Assembly: GCA_017694995.1 (NCBI GenBank)
Contig: JADIMB010000042.1
Span: 3,790 to 67,789, forward strand
Origin: Candidatus Cryptobacteroides faecavium
Lineage (GTDB): Bacteria > Bacteroidota > Bacteroidia > Bacteroidales > UBA932
Length of the DNA stretch: 64,000 bases
Reading direction: 5' to 3'
The notes beneath the pieces were generated by a model. It made no database searches. It saw only the letters and a program-made list of their open reading frames with translations, and was not told where the DNA came from. Below, one piece after another: positions 9,967 to 19,638 of this stretch (position 1 is its first letter; each line of letters begins with the position of its first letter). A program made the translations under genes and the position numbers.

Positions 9967-9978
9967 GGTACGGGATCA

Positions 9979-11361
9979 TTATTTACTGCGGAGAGAAATG
10001 CGGTGCTCCACAGGTTTGTTTATCTGGTAAATCTTGTCTGTGAGCATGTCCATCTCGGCTATACGAGTGTCACGCACATCCTTGTACATCAGCCTTGCAT
10101 ACGTATCCCTGTGGATTCCCGCCCAGATATTCCCGGACTTGTGCCTGTCTATGGCCTCTACAGCCCTGCGGTCATTCAGGTCAAGGCATCCGAGCGGCTT
10201 GAGGAAACCGTACTGCATCCACGCATAATCCCTGAAGCTGCGCTCAAGCTCCCATCTCCACTCGTTAAGATACATCACCTGGAGGGCCTGCTGGTACTGG
10301 GGAGACCATGTGAGCTCAGCCATATTGATTCCCTCCGCCAGCTCGCCTGCGTCCCACACGCCGAGAGGCTGCCCGTCGATAAGGAGCTCATAGTCTCCTT
10401 CCAGTCCTGTGACTTTCAGTATCTCCTGGTTCATCTCCTCCATGAAAGGTACCATCTTAAGTGCCCCTGCCTGGCCACGGTGGGCACCGAAACCGCGGGC
10501 GACAGTGTCAAGAGGATATGGGAGAGACTCTGCAAGGTAATTGAATGAAATGCCCTTGCGGTCCTTCCTGATGTCCGATATGGTGCAGTTTTCCGATTTG
10601 ATGACATTGGATGAAGCGGCATCCACTTCAATATCGGCCACCTTCTTCCCGGCAAAACCCTGGGCCTTGAGGAAAAGGTAGGCCATCACCATGTGCCCGT
10701 CGTTGTCCGGATGTACACGGTCTCCCATAGTGATGGTGAACGAAGGGTCCTCAGCCTGCATTTTCCGCGACACCTCCACCAGAGGCTTGCTGAAATCCAC
10801 GAAATCCCATCCGTTCCTTTCGGCCGCAGCCTTCTGGTATTCGACTACCCTGTCCATCACGGCGTTCTTCCCTTTGAACGGCACATTGCCTTCGATCTGC
10901 GCCGTCTCGTCATACGGGGAGCCGCCTATCATCACTATATGGACATTGTCCAGGGAGAGCAGACGCTTCTCGATCTTGTCGAAATTGGCGATACACTCCT
11001 TGTAACGTTTTTCACCGTATTTGTCGGCACCTTCCTGGTTGTACTCCACATATCCGGTGTCATTCATGCCGAATGTCACCATCAGGACTGTAGGCTCCTT
11101 GCTGAAGACATCCCCGTCAAGACGCTCGAACATGTCACCGGCAGTATTTCCGCCGATACCGGCATTGAATACCTTCACATCCATGTAGGGGAATCTGGTC
11201 ATGTAATAGAGCCAGATATAAGAATGATAATGTCCACCGTCAGTGATACTGTCACCGAGATACACCGCGCGGTCCCCGCCGGCGAATGGGACAACCGTCT
11301 GGGCCAACGCCGCAACGCTGAGCCCGAAGGCCGCAGCCATAGTGAAGAAAAGACGTTTCAT
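9979..11361 (-). CDS. SGNH/GDSL hydrolase (putative carbohydrate acetylesterase)
   Basis: GDSIT block I, NAGIGG block II, FGMND block III, DRVHP block V; signal peptide. Confidence 0.88.
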   Translation of the reverse strand: MKRLFFTMAAAFGLSVAALAQTVVPFAGGDRAVYLGDSITDGGHYHSYIWLYYMTRFPYMDVKVFNAGIGGNTAGDMFERLDGDVFSKEPTVLMVTFGMNDTGYVEYNQEGADKYGEKRYKECIANFDKIEKRLLSLDNVHIVMIGGSPYDETAQIEGNVPFKGKNAVMDRVVEYQKAAAERNGWDFVDFSKPLVEVSRKMQAEDPSFTITMGDRVHPDNDGHMVMAYLFLKAQGFAGKKVADIEVDAASSNVIKSENCTISDIRKDRKGISFNYLAESLPYPLDTVARGFGAHRGQAGALKMVPFMEEMNQEILKVTGLEGDYELLIDGQPLGVWDAGELAEGINMAELTWSPQYQQALQVMYLNEWRWELERSFRDYAWMQYGFLKPLGCLDLNDRRAVEAIDRHKSGNIWAGIHRDTYARLMYKDVRDTRIAEMDMLTDKIYQINKPVEHRISLRSK

Positions 11362-11414
11362 GTCAGTTATTGTTTTATGTTATCCGTTTTACATATTATC
11401 TATCCTTTTTCCTG

Positions 11415-13625
11415 TCAGTTTCCGAACGATGGAGGGAGCTGTTCCCTTCCCCATTTCCCTGAAGGGGAGGCCGAAGTGCTGAACTCTATCTTCGCCCCCG
11501 AACAGATGTCCTCCCAGTCGATCCAGGCTTTTTCATGAGGTCTGCCATCTATCTTGAGGGCTGTGGTGTATATCTTTGTCTCCGACCCACCTGTGAGCAC
11601 CACATCGCCGCCCGGCAGATGCATGACAATCTTTTCGAATATAGGGGTGTTCAGGGCGAATCCGCCGATCCCGGGGATCATCGGGTACATTCCCATGCAG
11701 GCGAATACATACCACGCACCCATCGTACCGAGGTCATCGTTGCCCGGCAGGCCGTCCGGAGCGGCGGAGTAATGGTCGTTGATAATCCTGTTTATGACCT
11801 CGGAAGCCTTGTCAGGCCTGCCCACCCAGTCATAAATCCATGGAATCTGGAAACTTGGCTCGTTGCCGCATGCGTACCAGTCCTGGACATAGTTGGCGTC
11901 CAGACGCCTGAAAAGCTCGTCCAGACGCTTCTCGGCATTTTCCGGTCCCCCGATGATGTCAATAAGGCCGGCTATATTGAACGGCACCATCCAGAAATAA
12001 TTCGGATAAGTGGACTCCCTCCAGTCCTCGCCCGGGGACTTCCAGGAACCGTCGGCATTGCGGGACTGCAGCCATCCGGTCTCCGGGTTGAAAAGATTCT
12101 TCCAGGACTGGGCCCTCCCCGAATAGTGCCAGTCGGCAAACTCGTCTCCGCAGGCATGCAGGGCGAACTTCCCTATGGCGAAGTCGGCTGTACAATATTC
12201 CAGCTGCTCGGATGCGTTCCACCAGCCCTTGTCCTTGTACTGCTGCAGACCGGGACGCTCCTCGACCTCCTGGGACTTCAGCCCGGGGATTTCCGCATTG
12301 TTCTTCATCAGCTCGAATACCGGGAGAGGGTCGTAGTCCCTCGCCCCGAAGGCCCAGGCGCTTGCTATCAGGGCAGGGGTAGGGTCTCCCTGCATGATGC
12401 CTGTCTCGATATTCGCCATCACCCATCTGGGCAGGGCGTTCCCGGACTGCTCCGCGAAATCCCTGTGCGAGCGCACCACCGCGGAGGCCACATCAGGGTC
12501 GAGCATGGAAAGGAGCTGTATCTGCGTACGGTATGTATCCCAGTTGCTGAATGAAGTGTAGTGGGTGTCTGAACTCTTGTGCACCTTGAAGTCCGCCCCC
12601 ATGTATTCCCCGTTCACGTCGCTGCAGATGTTGGGATGGATAAGGGCATGGTAGAGATGCGTATAGAACTGGACCCTCCTGAGCGGGTCTGTACCTTCCG
12701 TCTCGATTTTCCCGAGATACATGTCCCATGCGGACTCGGCAGCCTCCTTCACTGACGTGAACGACCATCCGGGATTCTCGGCCCGGAGGTTCTCCCGCGC
12801 GTTCTCCACCGACACATATGACACACCTATCTTATACTGTATCACATCCCCGTCTTCAAGGGAGAATGTGAAATAGACTCCGGAGCCTTCCCCCTCCGCG
12901 AAGCTTGCCCCGCGCACCAGCCGGTCTCCTTTCCAGATACCTGTCTCCTGCGCCCGGGCATCGAACTCAGCCACGAAATACACCTTGTACGGTGTCCTCA
13001 CGCTGCAGAAATTGCCACCTTCAGCATATCCCTCACAGCTTGACGGGCCGGTGATGCATATAGCCGCCTGGCTGACAGGCGTGGCAGCGATGCCGCCTCC
13101 TATCAGCACTGTGCCTTTCCCCTGCTCCGGGAAAGTGTAGCGTGCCATCCCGGTCCTCTCTGTGACAGAGAGCTCCGCCTTTATGCCCTCGTCGACTGAT
13201 GCCTCGTAGTATCCCGCATGGCCTTTCTCCCCGGTGATCCGCACCCTGTTTGCAAAGAGCCCGGCAGGAGACTCCTCGAGGGCGCCCGCGACAGGGAGAG
13301 TCGGGAAGTTGCCCATGTGCCTGCATCCGGCCCCGCTCAGCTGGTTGATCACAAACCCGCCCCTGCGGGCGAAATATGTCGGAGTGAACTGGACCATCCC
13401 GAAAGGACGTGTCGCCCCGGGATAAACGAAGCCGGCGGCAAGGCCTGCGCCTCCCGTACCGATGAACGGATCCACCGTCTCCGCATAACTTTCCTGGATT
13501 TCATCCCGCGCATCCGCCCCGGAACCTTCCGTGAGCGGAGTACCTGCGGCATTAGATGCGTATACTGACAATAAGACCGCGGCGCCGAAAACTGCCGCCG
13601 CCTTTTTTCCGATATTAGTCTTCAT
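11415..13625 (-). CDS. GH92 alpha-mannosidase family protein
   Basis: VDPFIGT, YPGATRPFGMVQFTP, FSNWDTYR, GNEPS, LPGNDDLGTMGAWYVF. Confidence 0.92.
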   Translation of the reverse strand: MKTNIGKKAAAVFGAAVLLSVYASNAAGTPLTEGSGADARDEIQESYAETVDPFIGTGGAGLAAGFVYPGATRPFGMVQFTPTYFARRGGFVINQLSGAGCRHMGNFPTLPVAGALEESPAGLFANRVRITGEKGHAGYYEASVDEGIKAELSVTERTGMARYTFPEQGKGTVLIGGGIAATPVSQAAICITGPSSCEGYAEGGNFCSVRTPYKVYFVAEFDARAQETGIWKGDRLVRGASFAEGEGSGVYFTFSLEDGDVIQYKIGVSYVSVENARENLRAENPGWSFTSVKEAAESAWDMYLGKIETEGTDPLRRVQFYTHLYHALIHPNICSDVNGEYMGADFKVHKSSDTHYTSFSNWDTYRTQIQLLSMLDPDVASAVVRSHRDFAEQSGNALPRWVMANIETGIMQGDPTPALIASAWAFGARDYDPLPVFELMKNNAEIPGLKSQEVEERPGLQQYKDKGWWNASEQLEYCTADFAIGKFALHACGDEFADWHYSGRAQSWKNLFNPETGWLQSRNADGSWKSPGEDWRESTYPNYFWMVPFNIAGLIDIIGGPENAEKRLDELFRRLDANYVQDWYACGNEPSFQIPWIYDWVGRPDKASEVINRIINDHYSAAPDGLPGNDDLGTMGAWYVFACMGMYPMIPGIGGFALNTPIFEKIVMHLPGGDVVLTGGSETKIYTTALKIDGRPHEKAWIDWEDICSGAKIEFSTSASPSGKWGREQLPPSFGN

Positions 13626-13651
13626 TTCCGGTCATTAGCTTTTAACGGCTG

Positions 13652-13659
13652 CAAAGATA
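13652..13659 (-). promoter_or_regulatory. -7 promoter element (TATCTTTG) of the GH92-SGNH-GH38-GH92 operon
   Basis: TAnnTTTG match about 27 nt upstream of the start codon. Confidence 0.65.
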
Positions 13660-13681
13660 TCTTTTATATGCAATTCATCAT

Positions 13682-13719
13682 TATACTTATTTTACAAATC
13701 AGTATACTTATTTTACAAA
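13682..13719. repeat. Perfect 17-bp direct repeat TATACTTATTTTACAAA x2 at 21-bp period; probable activator (HTCS/AraC-type) binding site
   Basis: Copies at 13682-13698 and 13703-13719; degenerate third copy TGTACTC at 13724. Confidence 0.75.
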
Positions 13720-13879
13720 AAAGTGTACTCACCGGAGAAAAGGCCCGTCAGGTCCTGGCAGAAGACACGGGTGGGGAGGGACCGGGGCGCGTGTCCGTAC
13801 AGTTTGTACCCGGTAATTTTGCTTTGCAGAAATAATGTCTTATTTTTATGCTTCAGAATTTTCTTAAATCATACTGATC

Positions 13880-14644
13880 ATGAGCAGATTTATTTTTGAG
13901 GCAGTTTCTGCCGCATGTGCGCTGTGCGCGGCGGTATCGTGCAGTGGAGGATTCAGCACGCAGACATTCACAGCATCAGAAAAACACGCGCTCTCGGAAG
14001 GCGGGACAGACTCGCTTGAAATAGACATACAGGTGGAATATCCGGTATCAGGGCTGACACAGCCAGCAATGGACAACGTCACCAAAATCTTGACAACCAG
14101 CCTGTTCGGAGACCAGTATGCCGCCATGCAGCCCGAGGAAGCCATAGGCGCATACATAAGTGGCAGCGTGGACGAATACAGGAAAAACAACCTTCCTCTG
14201 CTTGAAATGAGCAAAGATATGCCGCACGCTTCCCTCAGCTGGTCCGACTACATCACAGGGGCCGTCGCCGGAAGCCACGGAGACATACTGTCCTACACCA
14301 TGACAAAGTATACATACACCGGAGGGGCGCACGGAATGACATCCGAGACCGCGCTGAATTTCGACATGAAGACAGGGTCGCTGCTCACAGAGGGGGATTT
14401 CTTCAAGGAAGGCTACAAGGAAAAGCTTCCTGCCCTGCTGTCCGGGCATCTGGCATCATCGCTGGAGAATCCGGCTGACACCTCGATGCTTTTCACACGC
14501 GAAATCGGGCCGAACGGCAACTTCATGGTCTCTCCTGAAGGAGTCACCTATATATACAACCAGTATGAGATCGGGCCTTATGTCATGGGGGCCATCCGTG
14601 TGACAGTGCCTTGGGACGAACTGGAAGGGCTCATTGAGGAATGA
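13880..14644 (+). CDS. DUF4163/DUF3298 (RsiV-like) lipoprotein
   Basis: Lipobox AVSC; YTYTGGAHG and YNQYEIGPYVMG motifs. Confidence 0.85.
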   Translation: MSRFIFEAVSAACALCAAVSCSGGFSTQTFTASEKHALSEGGTDSLEIDIQVEYPVSGLTQPAMDNVTKILTTSLFGDQYAAMQPEEAIGAYISGSVDEYRKNNLPLLEMSKDMPHASLSWSDYITGAVAGSHGDILSYTMTKYTYTGGAHGMTSETALNFDMKTGSLLTEGDFFKEGYKEKLPALLSGHLASSLENPADTSMLFTREIGPNGNFMVSPEGVTYIYNQYEIGPYVMGAIRVTVPWDELEGLIEE

Positions 14645-14700
14645 CCCCGGACTCCCGGACTTCAGAAAAAACGACAGAACAGAACATGAATCCAGAAACA

Positions 14701-17121
14701 ATGAAACGTACTTTCACCATTCTGATTGCCGCATATGCGGCAATTTCATTGTCTGCACAGCAGACACCCGGTTATGAAATGGCCGAAAGGTTCTCGGCAA
14801 AGAAAGTGTCGCAGATGGTACACTCCACAAGGGTAAACCCGAACTGGTTCCAGAGCTCCGACAGGTTCTGGTACAAGTGGGAGGACTCCGAAGGGACACA
14901 ATATTACATAGTGGACGCAAAGACGGGCCGCAAGACCACGGTCTTCGACATGGACAAGCTTGCCATGCAGCTCACAGAGGCTGTCAGGGACCCGTTCGAC
15001 GCCCGGCACATCCCTATCAGGGACCTGGAACTGAAAGACGACAAGACGTTCACTTTCGAGATCGGGAGCACGCTGGAAGAGAAGGACTCCCTGCGGATAA
15101 AACGGTGGGGAGACAAGAAGGTGTTCAGCTTCTCATACGACATAGCGTCCGGGGAGCTCACCGACATCACTGGCCAGGAGGAGGAGCAGAAATACCCTTC
15201 ATGGGTGAACGTATCCCCTGACGGGAAGATAGGCATCTTCGCAAAGAACGCCAACCTCTACTGGATGGATACCGAGAATATGGCCAAGGCGGCCAGGGAC
15301 GAGAAGGACAGCACCATCGTGGAGCACCGGATCACCTCTGACGGCACCAGGGAGTTCGGATGGGGAGCCGACAGCTACAACGGCTGGGCATGGCAGGACA
15401 GCACCAAGAGATATTTCCCATACTATCTCGTATGGTCTCCGGACTCAAGGCACTTCGCCACAATGAAATTCGACATGAGCGACGTCAAGGAGCTCTGGGT
15501 GATAAACTCCCTGAGCAGCCCGCGCCCTACCCTGAAGACCTACAAGTACCAGATGCCGGGAGAGCCCGGGCCGAAGGAGCTCCTGTATGTCTTCTCCACG
15601 GAGGACATGAGCAGCCGGTACATAAGGACAGCGGCGTTCAAGGACCAGAGCACGGGGTTCGAAACAGCCCCAAGGACGACGGCTGACAGGTACAAGGACT
15701 ACAATTCAAACGTATGGCTCGGGGACAATGACGGCTTCTACTACAACCGCATAAGCCGTGACCTCAAGAGGTACGACATCTGCCGGGTGGACATAGACAG
15801 CGACTCCACCAGGACTGTGATCTCTGAAAGGATGAACACCTATATAGAATACAGGCCGCTCCGGCTTGTGAACGAAGGCCGGCAGATGATCCACTGGTCA
15901 GAGCGCAACGGCTGGGCAAACCTCTACCTCTACAACGCGGACGGCACCCTGGCAGGCACCATAGTCGAGGGGCCTTTCCATGTGGAGAACGTGCTGGCTG
16001 TCAATGATACAGAGGACTACATCATCTTCAGCGCCTGCGGATACGACAAGGCAGAGAACCCGTATCAGATGCACACTTTCAGGGTGAATTTCGATGGCAG
16101 CGGACTCAAGCAGCTGGACATGAAAGACATGGACGTGTGGGCCTCGGCAGACGACAACGGCAGGTACCTCGTCTGCAACTACTCCCGCGTGGACGCGGCA
16201 CCTGCATCCGCACTTTATTCGGCAGCCGGGACAAAACTGGCAGACCTGGAGAAAGCGGACCTGTCGCAGCTCTTCGCGGCGGGATACAAGATGCCCGAAA
16301 GGTTCACAGTCAAGGCCGCTGACGGTGTCACAGACCTGTACGGGGTGATGTACAAGCCTTTCGACTTCGATTCCACAAAGGTATACCCTATAATAGAATA
16401 CGTCTATCCGGGGCCTCAGGTAGAGGCGAACAACATATCATGGAGCTCCAACATGACACGCACCGACAGGCTCGCACAGATGGGCTTCATCGTAATCACG
16501 GTCGGGAACCGCGGAGGGCATCCTAACAGGTCCAAATGGTACCACAACTACGGCTACGGCAACCTGCGCGACTACGGCCTCGAGGACCAGAAGACCGCTG
16601 TACAGAGGCTTGCAGCCAAGTACCCGTGGATAGACGGGACACGGGTGGGTATCCACGGCCATTCCGGCGGAGGGTTCATGTCCACCGCCGCCATCCTCAC
16701 CTACCCCGACTTCTACAAGGTGGCGGTATCATGCGCAGGGAACCACGACAACAGAATCTACAACCGCTGGTGGAGCGAACAGCATCACGGCATAACGGAG
16801 AAGGTCAGCGAGCAGGGGGACACATCTTTTGTCTACAAGATAGACACCAATCCCGTGATAGCAAAGAACCTGAAAGGGCATCTCCTCCTGGTGCACGGGG
16901 ATATCGACGACAACGTGCATCCGGCAAACACCATCCGCGTCGTCAACGCCCTCATCCGTGCGAACAAACGTTTCGACATGCTCATCCTTCCGGGGCAGAA
17001 GCACGGTTTCGGGGACATGAACGAATACTTCTTCTGGAGGATGGCGGACTATTTCAGCCAGCATCTCCTCGGAGAGAGCCAGAGGGACAGCACTGACATC
17101 GTGCAGATGAACAATGACTGA
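14701..17121 (+). CDS. S9 family peptidase with DPP-IV N-terminal propeller
   Basis: GHSGGG nucleophile, HGDIDDNVH, PGQKHG; signal peptide from ATG 14701 (alternative starts 14641/14686). Confidence 0.9.
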   Translation: MKRTFTILIAAYAAISLSAQQTPGYEMAERFSAKKVSQMVHSTRVNPNWFQSSDRFWYKWEDSEGTQYYIVDAKTGRKTTVFDMDKLAMQLTEAVRDPFDARHIPIRDLELKDDKTFTFEIGSTLEEKDSLRIKRWGDKKVFSFSYDIASGELTDITGQEEEQKYPSWVNVSPDGKIGIFAKNANLYWMDTENMAKAARDEKDSTIVEHRITSDGTREFGWGADSYNGWAWQDSTKRYFPYYLVWSPDSRHFATMKFDMSDVKELWVINSLSSPRPTLKTYKYQMPGEPGPKELLYVFSTEDMSSRYIRTAAFKDQSTGFETAPRTTADRYKDYNSNVWLGDNDGFYYNRISRDLKRYDICRVDIDSDSTRTVISERMNTYIEYRPLRLVNEGRQMIHWSERNGWANLYLYNADGTLAGTIVEGPFHVENVLAVNDTEDYIIFSACGYDKAENPYQMHTFRVNFDGSGLKQLDMKDMDVWASADDNGRYLVCNYSRVDAAPASALYSAAGTKLADLEKADLSQLFAAGYKMPERFTVKAADGVTDLYGVMYKPFDFDSTKVYPIIEYVYPGPQVEANNISWSSNMTRTDRLAQMGFIVITVGNRGGHPNRSKWYHNYGYGNLRDYGLEDQKTAVQRLAAKYPWIDGTRVGIHGHSGGGFMSTAAILTYPDFYKVAVSCAGNHDNRIYNRWWSEQHHGITEKVSEQGDTSFVYKIDTNPVIAKNLKGHLLLVHGDIDDNVHPANTIRVVNALIRANKRFDMLILPGQKHGFGDMNEYFFWRMADYFSQHLLGESQRDSTDIVQMNND

Positions 17122-17127
17122 ATGAAA

Positions 17128-17155
17128 GAGCGGCAGCCCGACCGGGCTGCCGCTC
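17128..17155. terminator. GC-rich hairpin between convergent S9 peptidase and pgk genes (likely bidirectional terminator)
   Basis: GAGCGGCAGCCC-GACC-GGGCTGCCGCTC. Confidence 0.8.
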
Positions 17156-17179
17156 CTAATTTATATATGTACTTCCGGA

Positions 17180-18433
17180 CTATTCGCGAATAGCGGCAAT
17201 GCCCGGAAGGACTTTACCTTCAAGGTATTCAAGCATTGCGCCTCCGCCTGTTGAAACGTAGCTTACTTTCTTTGCATAGCCCATCTGGGTCACGGCTGCG
17301 ACAGAGTCACCGCCACCTACAAGTGTGAAAGCTCCGTTTTCAGTAGCCTTTGCAAGCATCTCGGCCACACGGTTGGTGCCTTTTGCAAATGAAGGGATCT
17401 CGAACACACCCACAGGCCCGTTCCAGAGGATGGTCTTTGACTTCATGATTACATCCTCCCATGCTGCAAGGGTGCTAGGGGCCGCATCTACGCCCTCCCA
17501 TCCGTCAGGAATCTCGGAGTTGCTGCAGATCTTGGTGTTGGCACCTTCTGCAAACGCGTCTGCGATAACCACTTCCTTGGAAAGATAAAGCTTCACGCCT
17601 TTCTCCTGTGCTTTCTTGAGGGTGTCGAGAGCAAGCTGCTGCTGGTCATCCTCGCAAAGTGAGTTACCGATCTTTCCGCCCTGTGCCTTCACAAAGGTAT
17701 ATACCATACCGCCGCCGATGATCATGTTGTCCACTACATCGAAAAGATGCTCTATAATACCGATTTTCGAAGACACCTTGGCTCCACCGATGATTGCGGT
17801 CACCGGACGCTCAGGGTCATTTACCACCCTTTCAAGAGCCTTGATCTCGCCCTCCATCAGGTAGCCGAACATCTTGTCATTAGGGAAGAACTTGGCAATC
17901 AGCGCTGTAGAGGCATGCGCACGGTGAGCTGTACCGAACGCGTCGTTGACATAGCAGTCTCCGTATGAAGCGAGTTTCTCCACGAATTTCTTCTGGCTCT
18001 CCTTCACGGCTGCCTTGGCCGCCTTCTTCTCGTCGTCAGTAGCGTCCTCAGCAAGTCCTCTCGGCTTGCCTTCCTCCTCTGCATAGAAACGCAGGTTCTC
18101 CAGGACGAGGACCTCACCAGGCTTGAGAGCCGCAACCTGCTCGTCCGCCTTCATGCAGTCGTCAGCGAACTTCACAGTCACTCCGAGAAGCTCCTGCACG
18201 CGGCCGAGGATGTGCTTGAGAGAGAATTTCTCAGTCACGCCCTTAGGACGGCCCAGATGCGACATGATGATTACGGAACCGCCTTTTTCAAGGATTTTCT
18301 TGAGTGTAGGGACAGCTGCCCTTATGCGGGTGTCGTCTGTAATTTCGAACTTCTCGTTAAGAGGAACGTTGAAGTCAACCCTGACAAGAGCTTTCTTGCC
18401 AGAAAAATCGTAAGTATCAATACTTTGCTGCAT
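17180..18433 (-). CDS. pgk: Phosphoglycerate kinase
   Basis: [43 protein letters not shown]. Confidence 0.98.
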   Translation of the reverse strand: MQQSIDTYDFSGKKALVRVDFNVPLNEKFEITDDTRIRAAVPTLKKILEKGGSVIIMSHLGRPKGVTEKFSLKHILGRVQELLGVTVKFADDCMKADEQVAALKPGEVLVLENLRFYAEEEGKPRGLAEDATDDEKKAAKAAVKESQKKFVEKLASYGDCYVNDAFGTAHRAHASTALIAKFFPNDKMFGYLMEGEIKALERVVNDPERPVTAIIGGAKVSSKIGIIEHLFDVVDNMIIGGGMVYTFVKAQGGKIGNSLCEDDQQQLALDTLKKAQEKGVKLYLSKEVVIADAFAEGANTKICSNSEIPDGWEGVDAAPSTLAAWEDVIMKSKTILWNGPVGVFEIPSFAKGTNRVAEMLAKATENGAFTLVGGGDSVAAVTQMGYAKKVSYVSTGGGAMLEYLEGKVLPGIAAIRE

Positions 18434-18624
18434 AATAATATGAATTAAAAGTTTTCCAGTTCACCAGGCCGGTCCGAATCACATTCCCCGGCACATCATA
18501 CAAAGATACGAAAAATATTCAAACAGAAGTCATTTGAAAGTAAATTACTATCTTTGCCGCAGGCACAGGGGCCGTCCACGGAGACATCCTGACGGCAGCG
18601 GCAGACGCCACCCGGGGCCTGGAC

Positions 18625-19614
18625 ATGCAAAATGACAAAGAAATGACAATAGAATCTCCCGGCAAATTCTGGAAAGACTATGAACTTATCGACTCCGGCA
18701 ACTTCGAGAAACTGGAGCGTTTCGGACAGTACATAATGGCACGCCCCGAACCTAAGGCACTGTGGGACAAGACTATGAGTGACCAGGAATGGAACAGGGT
18801 GATACATACCCGTTTCAAGACCGGGGCGGGATTCGGCAAGGCAGGGAAGGAGGACAGCGGCACATGGGAGAGGCTCAGGAAGATGAACGACCAGTGGGTC
18901 ATAAGCTACCGCGGGGCAGAAGAAGGGCTTGATTTCAGGCTCAGGCTCGGACTCACCTCATTCAAGCATGTGGGTGTCTTCCCGGAGCAGTCGAGCAACT
19001 GGGAATATATATTCCGCTGCACCAAGACGCTCTCGGACAAAGCCGCCGCAGAGGGCATGCCGAAACCCAAAGTGCTGAACCTTTTTGCCTACACAGGAGC
19101 GGCTTCCCTCGCAGCAAAAGCCGCAGGGGCCGATGTCACGCATCTTGACTCGGTCCGCCAGGTAGTGACATGGGCCCGCGAGAACATGGAGCTGAGCCGG
19201 CTGGACAATATACGCTGGGTAGTGGAGGACGCACTGAAATTCGCCCGGAGGGAAGCGAAGAGGGGCAATCTCTACCAGGGGATCATCCTGGACCCTCCTG
19301 CCTATGGACATGGCCCCGACGGGGAAAAATGGAAACTGGACGAATGCCTTTACGACATCCTCAAATGCGTGGCGGCAATCCTTGCCCCGCAGGACAGTTT
19401 CATGGTCCTCAACCTCTATTCCAACGGATATTCCGCCGTGCTGGGGGAAACTCTTGTAAAAGAAGCGTTCGGGATAAAAGGACGTCCCGGCAGCGGCATC
19501 CCGGACAAGACCGCAGGCCCCGGGAACACCGGAATCGACTGCGGGGAGCTAGTCCTCCAGGACAGTTTCGGGAAGAACCTTCCCCTGAGCATCTTCGTAA
19601 GGATGAACAGATAA
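18625..19614 (+). CDS. Class I SAM-dependent methyltransferase (RlmI/RlmK-like)
   Basis: KHVGVFPEQ, VLNLFAYTG, IILDPPAYG. Confidence 0.85.
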   Translation: MQNDKEMTIESPGKFWKDYELIDSGNFEKLERFGQYIMARPEPKALWDKTMSDQEWNRVIHTRFKTGAGFGKAGKEDSGTWERLRKMNDQWVISYRGAEEGLDFRLRLGLTSFKHVGVFPEQSSNWEYIFRCTKTLSDKAAAEGMPKPKVLNLFAYTGAASLAAKAAGADVTHLDSVRQVVTWARENMELSRLDNIRWVVEDALKFARREAKRGNLYQGIILDPPAYGHGPDGEKWKLDECLYDILKCVAAILAPQDSFMVLNLYSNGYSAVLGETLVKEAFGIKGRPGSGIPDKTAGPGNTGIDCGELVLQDSFGKNLPLSIFVRMNR

Positions 19615-19638
19615 CGGACGGGAAGAGGAGCCACGCAT

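Noticed and set aside
9496-12554. Long plus-strand ORFs (350, 281, 339 aa)
   Set aside because: Antisense to clear CAZyme genes, no motifs; expected from GC-rich codon bias
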